Below are positions 29,612-37,433 of a DNA stretch of 37,509 nucleotides, piece by piece. How positions within the stretch are numbered: the stretch's first letter is position 1; each line of letters begins with the position of its first letter. Both the position numbers and the translations under genes were made by a program. The notes beneath the pieces were generated by a model that had not been told where the DNA came from, did not search any database, and saw only the letters and a program-made list of their open reading frames with translations. Origin of the DNA: Candidatus Azambacteria bacterium GW2011_GWA2_42_9 (GTDB lineage: Bacteria > Patescibacteriota > Minisyncoccia > UBA10092); assembly GCA_000994805.1 (NCBI GenBank), contig LCEQ01000004.1:1-37509 (forward strand), read 5' to 3'.

Positions 29612-30712
29612 TCAATCCTTTGCCCACCCCGCAGATATCAGTTTAGCATCATGTATATAATCATATAAATCATTTTCACTTAGAATTTTTTTATTATCAT
29701 AATAATTTTTGTACCAGTTTATTGTTTTTTCAAGAGTCTTGTCTTGATTCCACACATTTTTCCACTTGAGTTTTGTGCGCGCCTTTGTCGAATCCAGCTT
29801 GAGAAAATTTGCTTCGTGAAAACAACTAGCATTTTTTTCTATTTTATATTTCACGGCGTCCCAATGTTTTTTGGTCCGTTCAACAATCTCGCTTACAGCC
29901 AAGGAAGAATCGTCTTTTGGTCCAAAATTCCAATTGTCTGAAAATTCTTTTTTTCCCTCTAATAATTTCCAACCCAATTGCAAATAACCGCTTAACGGTT
30001 CTAATACGTGTTGCCAAGGCCTTGTTGCGTGGGGATTTCTTACAATTACACATTTACCCACATTTGCCAATTTAACTATGTCCGGAATTAATCTGTCTTT
30101 CGCCCAGTCACCGCCACCAACAACATTCCCGGCCCTTACATTGGCAAGCAAAACATTATGGGTATTGCCATATTCGTTGCGATTAAAAAAAGAATTTCTA
30201 TATGAGTGGGCTATTAATTCCGCACATCCTTTTGAGGCGCTGTATGGATCATATCCCCCCATTGGATCATCTTCTTTATAACCCCGGGCCCACTCTTGGT
30301 TTTTATAGCATTTATCACTGGTGATGTTAATTATCGCTTTAACCGCTTTTGTTTTTCTGCAACTTTCTAATACATTGAGGGTTCCTATAATATTTGTTTC
30401 CAATGTTTTTGCGGGGGTTGCATATGACTCTATTACCAATGGTTGGGCGGCCAAATGAAAAACAATATCGGGTTTCTCCGTTTCAATTGTTTTTAATAGT
30501 CTTTCTTTGTTTAAAATATCATCGAAAACAGAAATTATATTGAGATGTAATAATTCAAAATGACTTGGATTTGTTGGTATACCCATTGAATAACCGATAA
30601 CTCGTGCGCCCAATTTGGAAAGCCACAATGAAAGCCAAGATCCTTTAAATCCCGTATGGCCGGTAATCAAGACCTTTTTCCCTTTATAAATATTATTAAA
30701 TAATTTATTCAC
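29612..30712 (-). CDS. rfbG: CDP-glucose 4,6-dehydratase
   Basis: 366 aa. YKGKKVLITGHTGFKGSWLSLWLSKLGARVIGYS..HLAAQPLV..YSASKGCAEL is the RfbG hallmark N-terminus and catalytic YxxxK. Confidence 0.85.
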   Translation of the reverse strand: MNKLFNNIYKGKKVLITGHTGFKGSWLSLWLSKLGARVIGYSMGIPTNPSHFELLHLNIISVFDDILNKERLLKTIETEKPDIVFHLAAQPLVIESYATPAKTLETNIIGTLNVLESCRKTKAVKAIINITSDKCYKNQEWARGYKEDDPMGGYDPYSASKGCAELIAHSYRNSFFNRNEYGNTHNVLLANVRAGNVVGGGDWAKDRLIPDIVKLANVGKCVIVRNPHATRPWQHVLEPLSGYLQLGWKLLEGKKEFSDNWNFGPKDDSSLAVSEIVERTKKHWDAVKYKIEKNASCFHEANFLKLDSTKARTKLKWKNVWNQDKTLEKTINWYKNYYDNKKILSENDLYDYIHDAKLISAGWAKD

Positions 30713-30716
30713 TATT

Positions 30717-31493
30717 TTATTCCCAGATTTTCCAGAAAGGTTTTCCCTCGCTCCACAATTTATTTAAATGTTTTAGGTCGCGTTCTGTATCTACGCATTC
30801 CCATTCGCCAATATGTTTATAAACCATAATTTCTCCCGATTTTGCTAATTCCCCAAAAACACCACTTTCCAGATCGCAATTTTCGTCTTCAGTTAAATAA
30901 TTTAATAATCTTTTATCAAAGACAAAAAAACCACCATTAATTAGACCGGCTGATGTTTGCGGTTTTTCGTGAAATGAAACTAATTTTAAATTATCCTCAA
31001 TTATTTCTCCAAAACGAGAAGGCGGATGCACGCCCGTGATGGTAAGTATTTTACCGTGAGATTTGTGGAATTTTATAAGTTCGTCAATATTAATATTTGC
31101 GACGCCATCGCCATACGTAAGCATGTTTAAACCGTCATCTAAATATTTTTCTAATTTTTTTAGTCGCGCTCCTTTTAATGTATTTAATCCGGTATCCACA
31201 AGTGATATTTTCCAATCCATTTCATCGTGGGAATTAAGAGTTTTTATTTCTCTTGGGCCCAAATGAATATTAAAATCATTATTATAAATATGATAATTAT
31301 GAAAATATTCTTTTATTACCTCCTGTTTATATCCCAAGCCTATAATAAAATCCTTGTGGTTATAATGCGAGTAAAGTTTCATTATATGCCAAATAATAGG
31401 CCTATGACCCACCATTGTCATCGGCTTTGGTATCGTTTCTGTTATGTTGCCTAGACGAGTTCCGTAACCCCCCGCCATAATAATTACCTTCAT
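30717..31493 (-). CDS. rfbF: Glucose-1-phosphate cytidylyltransferase
   Basis: 258 aa. MKVIIMAGGYGTRL....IPKPMTMVGHRPIIWHIMKLYSHY..KDFIIGLGYKQEVIKEYF is highly RfbF-like. Confidence 0.85.
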   Translation of the reverse strand: MKVIIMAGGYGTRLGNITETIPKPMTMVGHRPIIWHIMKLYSHYNHKDFIIGLGYKQEVIKEYFHNYHIYNNDFNIHLGPREIKTLNSHDEMDWKISLVDTGLNTLKGARLKKLEKYLDDGLNMLTYGDGVANINIDELIKFHKSHGKILTITGVHPPSRFGEIIEDNLKLVSFHEKPQTSAGLINGGFFVFDKRLLNYLTEDENCDLESGVFGELAKSGEIMVYKHIGEWECVDTERDLKHLNKLWSEGKPFWKIWE

Positions 31494-31504
31494 GTTCTTT
31501 GTTT

Positions 31505-32728
31505 TTATTTATAATTGGATAAAAATTCTATAAATTTTGTCTTTAGATATGCAATTTGGTTTGGCGCTAAACCTTGGTGGCAGCCAACCACAAGGGCGTT
31601 GCGCATTATTCGTTCGGCGTTCGGATAATTTTTCTGCGCTAAGCGGTGTGTAATTTTTTTAAAACCCGGCTGTTTTAAGACATTGCCGGTAAATATTGGC
31701 CGAGTTTGGATATTGTTTTTTTCTAAAAAGGTTATTAGTTCCAAACGCGTAAAAGGAGCGTTTTCCCTGATGGTTAGAGGAAAAGCCAACCACACCGTTT
31801 CAGTCTGCGGAGTTTGGGCTGCAAGGGTAAAATATTTATTATATTTACTGAAAAACTTATATAATTCGGAAAAATTTCTTTTTCTAATCTCTTTAAATGC
31901 TGGAAATTTTTTTAATTGTTCCAAAGCGAAAGCGGAGGAAAGTTCTAATGGTAAAAAATTATAGCCCACCTCACTAAATATGAATTTATTGTCATATGGT
32001 ATACCCGCGAGGTTTTGTGTAAATCGATTTTTCAAAAGTTCAGAATTTGTTTTTTCACCGAATAGGGAAGATTGCCTTCCCCATCCGCGCATAACCACCA
32101 GGCGATCTACCCAATTTGGATTGTTGACGCAAATCATTCCACCTCCGCCGGCGCCGTTTATAACATGAGAACCATAAAAACTTGTTGTTGAAATATGCGA
32201 ATATACGCCGGTCGGTTTTTTATTGTATTTCCCCCCTAAAGTGTCGCAAGAATCTTCAATAAACCACAATTTATATTTTTTAGAAAGTTTCGCCAATTTT
32301 TCCATATTGGGAATATTCCCCATCAAAGAAGGAATCATAAGCACTTTCGTTTTTTTGGTAATCGCTTTTTCTACTTGTTTTATATTTACCAGATATGCGC
32401 CTTCATCAACATCTACAAAGACGGGCACTAATCTTTTTTGGACAATTGGCGCAAGAGTAGTGGCAAAAGTTAAAATAGGAGTAATCACCTCACTACCCTC
32501 AGGTAAGTTTAAAAGTTCAAATGCGAGTAAATTTGCCGAAGATCCGGAATTGACCATTACTCCATATTTTTTTCCGAACATTTTTGCTATTTTATTTTCA
32601 AATTCTTTAGTATGGTCACCAAGAGCAGTATTATTTTTGAGTACTTTTACCACAGCACCAATTTCTTCCTTGCCGTGGCAGGAATGGCCATATGGTACTC
32701 TGATCTTGGATTGAGCTTGTTTATTCAT
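31505..32728 (-). CDS. rfbH: NDP-4-keto-6-deoxyhexose 3-dehydratase of the DegT/RfbH/ColD family (active-site His instead of Lys; no Fe-S Cys motif)
   Basis: 407 aa. KYGVMVNSGSSANLL, WFIEDSCDTLGG, SFYGSHVINGAGGGG (no Schiff-base Lys; His present), GYNFLPLELSSAFALEQLKKFP and TRPIFTGNVLKQP. The region aligned to the DCYCAPGCDNTCG motif of Salmonella RfbH reads GWGRQSSLFGEKTN and has no Cys. Confidence 0.75.
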   Translation of the reverse strand: MNKQAQSKIRVPYGHSCHGKEEIGAVVKVLKNNTALGDHTKEFENKIAKMFGKKYGVMVNSGSSANLLAFELLNLPEGSEVITPILTFATTLAPIVQKRLVPVFVDVDEGAYLVNIKQVEKAITKKTKVLMIPSLMGNIPNMEKLAKLSKKYKLWFIEDSCDTLGGKYNKKPTGVYSHISTTSFYGSHVINGAGGGGMICVNNPNWVDRLVVMRGWGRQSSLFGEKTNSELLKNRFTQNLAGIPYDNKFIFSEVGYNFLPLELSSAFALEQLKKFPAFKEIRKRNFSELYKFFSKYNKYFTLAAQTPQTETVWLAFPLTIRENAPFTRLELITFLEKNNIQTRPIFTGNVLKQPGFKKITHRLAQKNYPNAERIMRNALVVGCHQGLAPNQIAYLKTKFIEFLSNYK

Positions 32729-32774
32729 TGATAAAATTTATCATATAGTATAAATTAATTAAAGACAAGCTAAC

Positions 32775-34508
32775 GTGTTTTTCTTGAAAAAAATTAAAAC
32801 ATTAATAAAAAAACATTATTCAGCAATTATTTTGACGCTGCTTTTAGGGGCCTTGATGGTTTTGCCATTTTTTTATTTTCAAATAAACCTCGGAAATAAT
32901 TTCAAGGGGATTCTGCCGGCAGTTGTGAATGACGAGGATTTTTATTACGCGCGCGTAAAAGACGTTTTGGATGGACACCCCTTTTTAAGTAATGCCTACC
33001 TTTTTGAGCATAAAGACGGATTGCCGCAGCAATTATTTTTAGCCGAATGGCTTTTGGCCCAACCGGTAAAGCTTTTAAACATCGGTATTAATACGGCGCA
33101 TTTGGTTTATAACTTTTTATTGCCGGCCATTGCCTTTATTTTAACTTATCTCGCGCTGTATTTAGTATCAAAATCCCGATTTTGGTCTATTATTGCTTCG
33201 GTATTTCTGTTTTTTGGTTTATATCTCACAAGTTTTATCCGTCCGGTAAGCCCCCAATTTAATTTCATTTTCTGGCTCTCGCAGCTTATTTTTTTATGGC
33301 GTCTTTTGGAAAAGCCGGAATCTAAGAAATTATTATTTTTAAACATTTTTAATTTTGGACTTCTATTTTATATCTACCCATATTATTGGACGTTTTATTT
33401 AATATTTTTTGGTCTTTTGATTGTTGGTTATTTTTGGGAAAACAGAGAAATTGCTTTTAAAATCGCCGCTATTGCTGGCGGCGGTTTAATTCTAGCTATT
33501 CCTTATTTTTATCTTAATTATTTGGCCGCTAAACTGCCCTATTATGAAGAAACTCTCACGCGGTTGTTCATGATTTATACGCGGTTTCCTTCCGGATTCT
33601 GGATAGTTTTTTGGAGTTTTTTTGGGCTGGTTTTTTTGGGCTGGTTTTTATGGAAAAAAATTATAAATTTGGATATTAAGTCGCTCTTTTTCATTTCCGG
33701 CGTTTTGGCAAACGTTGTCGCGGTCAACCAGCATTTGATAACCGGCAAAAATTTTGAATTTTCCAGCCACTATGATATGGCCGCAATGTTTTTTTTGGTT
33801 TTTACCGTTGCTTACTTGATTGGAAATTATTTGAAGAAATTATCAAATACTGCAATACATCGCTGTATTGCAGTATTTGCAGTTTTAATATTAGCAGTCA
33901 CGGTGTTTTATGGAATATTTGATTATTCAAAAAGAGCCTTTGTCATTGATGAAAATGCGGTATATCGGCAAAATTATACACCGGTTTTTGAATGGCTGAA
34001 TAAAAATACCGAAAAAGACTCGGTTGTTTATGCCAATTCGGATTTGTCGCGGCTGATCCCGGTTTATACGGCCAATAATGTCTTTTACGTCCGCGAGGCC
34101 AATTTATTTTTCATTTCCGATAAGGAAGTTTTGGACAGGTTTATTTTGAATAATTTTTTTTCCGCCTTCGGCAAAGATTTTATTATTGAAAACGATCGTT
34201 CGGTTTATGGCGTTAGATATATTGATGCTTATGGCCACACTGTTCAAGCAAATAAACTGCGCCGGCTTTTGGGGCTAAAAACCGAGCCGGAAGTTTATTT
34301 GCCCGAAGAGGCAATTCAGAAAGTTATCGGCCGAGCCGCGGAATTACAAAAAGGGAATTTTGTGGAAGAAATAAAAAATTACCGTATTGATTATTTAATT
34401 TGGGATAAAAATAAAAATCCGGATTGGGAAGTAAATTCTAAAAATTTTAAACCCATTTTTTTAAGCGGCGATTTGATTATTTTTAAATCTGCGTATTTAA
34501 GTCTATGA
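32775..34508 (+). CDS. Large polytopic membrane protein, GT-C-like candidate, with a soluble C-terminal domain
   Basis: 577 aa with a GTG start. TM1 is followed by the acidic loop AVVNDEDFYYARVKDVLDGHPF. There are about 11 hydrophobic segments and a ~190-aa soluble C-terminus. Confidence 0.4.
   Translation: MFFLKKIKTLIKKHYSAIILTLLLGALMVLPFFYFQINLGNNFKGILPAVVNDEDFYYARVKDVLDGHPFLSNAYLFEHKDGLPQQLFLAEWLLAQPVKLLNIGINTAHLVYNFLLPAIAFILTYLALYLVSKSRFWSIIASVFLFFGLYLTSFIRPVSPQFNFIFWLSQLIFLWRLLEKPESKKLLFLNIFNFGLLFYIYPYYWTFYLIFFGLLIVGYFWENREIAFKIAAIAGGGLILAIPYFYLNYLAAKLPYYEETLTRLFMIYTRFPSGFWIVFWSFFGLVFLGWFLWKKIINLDIKSLFFISGVLANVVAVNQHLITGKNFEFSSHYDMAAMFFLVFTVAYLIGNYLKKLSNTAIHRCIAVFAVLILAVTVFYGIFDYSKRAFVIDENAVYRQNYTPVFEWLNKNTEKDSVVYANSDLSRLIPVYTANNVFYVREANLFFISDKEVLDRFILNNFFSAFGKDFIIENDRSVYGVRYIDAYGHTVQANKLRRLLGLKTEPEVYLPEEAIQKVIGRAAELQKGNFVEEIKNYRIDYLIWDKNKNPDWEVNSKNFKPIFLSGDLIIFKSAYLSL
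33617..33644 (+). repeat. Exact 14-nt tandem duplication (TTTTTTTGGGCTGG x2, plus a partial third) inside the membrane-protein CDS
   Basis: TTTTTTTGGGCTGG TTTTTTTGGGCTGG TTTTTA.. read directly. It encodes FFGLVFLGWF. The unit contains a T7 homopolymer and its length is not a multiple of 3. Confidence 0.9.
33845..33878. repeat. 34-nt hairpin palindrome inside a CDS, related to the 28-bp palindromes at 36943 and 37406
   Basis: AAATACTGCAATACA-TCGC-TGTATTGCAGTATTT has 15-bp perfect arms. The core TACTGCAATACA..TGTATTGCAGTA differs from TACTTCAATACA..TGTATTGAAGTA by a paired T>G / A>C change that preserves the stem. Confidence 0.8.
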
Positions 34509-36867
34509 GCCGAAATAAAGGGATTATTGTTTTGATATTTTTTATCGCTATTTTGTCGGGGATTTTTTGGAATCAAAAAATATTCGGCCAGCCGATAAGT
34601 TCCGATCAATTGGGCTATGACGGCATTGCCATGGACATATTAAGCAGCGGCCGGTTTACCAGTCAAGGCCAGTCGACATTCAGAGAACCGGGCTATCCTT
34701 TGTTTTTGGCGGCAGTTTATAAGATTTTTGGCCATAATTTTGATACTGTCAGATATATTCAGATTATAATTTTTGGACTATTGGTGGTTATTATTTATCT
34801 TTTTACCGAAAATATTTTTGGCCGAAATGTCGCGATTTTTTCAAGTTTAAGCGTGGCATTTTTTTACGGCCTTGCCAATCAATCCGGTTTAATTACGACA
34901 GAACTTTTATTCGCGTTTTTACTTAGTCTTTTTGCGTACTCTATTTATAAAGCGTCGGCGGAAGACGGTAATAACTGGCTGGTTTTTTCTGCGCTGGTTT
35001 TGGGAGGCGCGACTCTGGTTAGGGGTGTGGCCGAATTTTTGTTTTTTTTAGTTATTGTTAATCTTTTTATAATTTATAAAAACAAAATTTCGTATAAGAA
35101 GATTTTTTACAAAATCGCGATTTTTACTATTTGTTTTTTTATGGTTTTAACGCCCTGGCTTGTAAAAAATAAATTTAAAAACGGCATTTCCGTTTCATCG
35201 TTTACCGGCTATTATCTATTGTTGCAAACCGAACGAATAAAAGAATTGTATCCGCATTATTCCGGTCATTTTATAGGTTACTTTCTTGGTTATTATGTTT
35301 CGGAGCGGTTAAATTTTGATACCGGCCCCGGCGATAATAAATATTTTTCTTATTTTGAGAGCCCGATTCAGTCAAGGATAGCGCAGCTTATTGCCGCGGG
35401 CTATGATTACGGCGATATCAGCAATGTTTTTACCAAAGAAGCCCTGCCCCAAATTGTTAAGCACCCCGTGCAATTTTTATCGGTGTCGGCGCTGAATTTT
35501 TTCAGTTTCAATGGTCCGATTTTAATACGGGGGCCGCTTTGGCAAAACGGGGCCGATCTCTCTCCCCAGTTTGCCGACGGTCGCCATCCAGAAATTCCTG
35601 ATTATCTGAAACTGATTATCATTCTGACCCCGCGCCTGCTGTGGTTTTTATTTTTCTTTTTTACAATAAAATCAATAGTAAAAAATCTTTGCGACTGGGA
35701 AAAAGTCGGTTGGCTTGTTTTAATAATCATTTATTTTAATATTATATACAGCGCGTCTTCAGGACTCAATCGCTATGCTCTGCCGATTTATCCCTTTTAT
35801 ATGATTTTTGCCGTTGCCGGAATGCAGGATTTTTTAAGCCGGCGGATTGTCGTGAAATTAAAAAACGCATCGATTTTGGCGCTTGCGGTCGCTAAGTTTG
35901 TTTTTAAAGGCAGAGCCGATAAAAAAATAATCCCCAAAAAAATTTTAATAGTTCAGGAGGCTAGAATGGGAGATATGGTTTGTACAACTCCGATGTTTCG
36001 GGCTGTAAAGGAGAAATATTCAGAAATTCGGCTTTACGTGATGGGGAATGAAATAAATAGAGAATTATTATCTAGCAATCCCGACGTTGATGTTTATTTA
36101 ATCTATCCTAAAAATCTTTATGGACTTTTTAAAATAATCAAAAAAGAAAAGTTTGATTTTGCCTGCATTACAGCTCCTAATTTTACGGCTTTGGCCGCCT
36201 TATATTTAGCGGATATTCCTTTGATTGCCGCGCCCGTTATTGAAAATGGTTTCAGCCCGTATGAAACCCGTCCCTATAAAATTTCACGCAGTTTTGTAAC
36301 CACAAGTTCGCAGAGGCATTTTTGGCAAAAAACGGCATAAACTTCGATTCAGATTTTATTGTTGGCATAACTCCGTCGGCCGGAAGTAAAATTAAAGAAT
36401 GGCCTTGCGACAGGTTCGCCAAGCTTGCTGACTATATTTATAGTAAATATCAGGCTAAAATCATAATTATCGGCGGACCCGGCGATGTTGAGGTTGATGA
36501 AATGATAAGTTTTTTGGCGGAGAATACGAAGTTTGTCAACGCCAAGGGGCTTTTTGATATTGAAGAGTTGAAAGCATTGGTGTCAAAACTGCATCTTTTC
36601 ATCAGTGTTGACACCGGTCCAATTTATATCGCCGAGGCCTTTAATGTTCCGACCATTGATATTATCGGGCCTATGGATGAAAATGAACAGCCGCCTATGG
36701 GCAAATTCCACAAGATTGTCGTTGCTCAAAGGTTAAAACCAGCGTTACATATAATGAACGCCCGCGTTTATGACGCCAAGGAAGTCCGTCGGCAGGCCGA
36801 ATCAATCACGGTGGAGATGGTCATAAAAGAATTGGATAATTTAATGGATAAAATCTCAATTTCATGA
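34505..36867 (+). pseudogene. GT-C (ArnT/PMT_2-like) membrane domain fused in frame to a GT9 (heptosyltransferase-like) domain; the GT9 part is split by a -1 frame change near 36280-36300
   Basis: In ORF 34505-36340, aa 1-~445 are polytopic GT-C-like (SSDQLGYDGIAMDILSSGRF...FREPGYPLFLAAVYKIFG). From about aa 470 comes the GT9 N-terminal half, KKILIVQEARMGDMVCTTPMFRAVKEKY. ORF 36322-36867, in another frame that is open from 36280, carries the GT9 C-terminal half (IVGITPSAGSKIKEWPCDRFAKLADYI..IIIIGGPGD..LFISVDTGPIYIAEAFNVPTIDIIGP). An internal ATG at 35822 could start a separate GT9 product. Confidence 0.65.
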
Positions 36868-36942
36868 AAATATCTGATAAGGGATATTTGAAATTTGAGA
36901 AATAATACACCAATGTTATATAATAAACATTATGTTATAAAC

Positions 36943-36970
36943 TACTTCAATACAGCGCTGTATTGAAGTA
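36943..36970. repeat. 28-bp perfect palindrome 12 nt upstream of the YerC/TrpR-like gene (operator or 5' hairpin candidate)
   Basis: TACTTCAATACAGCGCTGTATTGAAGTA equals its own reverse complement. It lies downstream of TTGAGA(36895-36900)-18 nt-TATAAT(36919-36924). Confidence 0.9.
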
Positions 36971-36981
36971 AAATAAAAATT

Positions 36982-37398
36982 ATGCCGCATGTATCGCAAA
37001 ATCCAATAGACAAAAATACGCTATATAAAATAAGCGAAAAATTATTTAAGGCAATTAAACATTTAAAGCGAGAAAAAGAAGCGGCGCAATTTTTATCAGA
37101 TTTATTGACAAAAACAGAACGCATCATGCTTGCCAAGCGGTTGGCGATTATTATCATGCTGGACGCAAACTATCCATTTAAAGTTATAAGCAATGCTTTA
37201 AGAGTGAGCGAAGCCACAATTAGTGTTATGAGAGACAGATTTGATCGCGGTGGAGGCGGTTATAATTTAGTTATCGGCCGTCTTAAAAGGGAAGCAATGT
37301 GGCGGGAATTTTTTAAATCTTTAGAAAAAATACTGCAACCGGATTTTTTACCGCCGATAACTGGCAGGGGTCGCTGGCGCCACGTTAAGAAAATTTGA
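36982..37398 (+). CDS. YerC/YecD-like TrpR-family DNA-binding protein
   Basis: 138 aa. FLSDLLTKTERIMLAKRLAIIIMLDANYPFKVISNALRVSEATISVMR matches the TrpR-like YerC/YecD pattern (DLLT..E....A.R......L..G.....I......S..TI.R). Confidence 0.7.
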   Translation: MPHVSQNPIDKNTLYKISEKLFKAIKHLKREKEAAQFLSDLLTKTERIMLAKRLAIIIMLDANYPFKVISNALRVSEATISVMRDRFDRGGGGYNLVIGRLKREAMWREFFKSLEKILQPDFLPPITGRGRWRHVKKI

Positions 37399-37405
37399 AA
37401 ACAAA

Positions 37406-37433
37406 TACTTCAATACAGCGCTGTATTGAAGTA
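37406..37433. repeat. Second identical copy of the 28-bp palindrome, 8 nt after the YerC-like stop (terminator-like; T-run 5 nt downstream)
   Basis: TACTTCAATACAGCGCTGTATTGAAGTA is followed by AAGCGTTTTTAT. Confidence 0.9.

Noticed and set aside
7399-32714. Numerous 60-165-aa ORFs antisense to, or out of frame within, the glycosyltransferase and sugar genes (e.g. 7399-7803, 9413-9739, 11219-11458, 17395-17882, 18585-19184, 31063-31454, 32223-32714)
   Set aside because: Each lies wholly inside a longer ORF with clear family motifs on the other strand or frame. Their translations are low complexity.
36943-37433. Integron attC, IS or MITE interpretation of the palindrome-flanked cassette
   Set aside because: There are no GTTRRRY/RYYYAAC core sites, no target-site duplication that I could recognise, and no integrase or transposase in the window. 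The possibility is kept only as a minor alternative in the finding.
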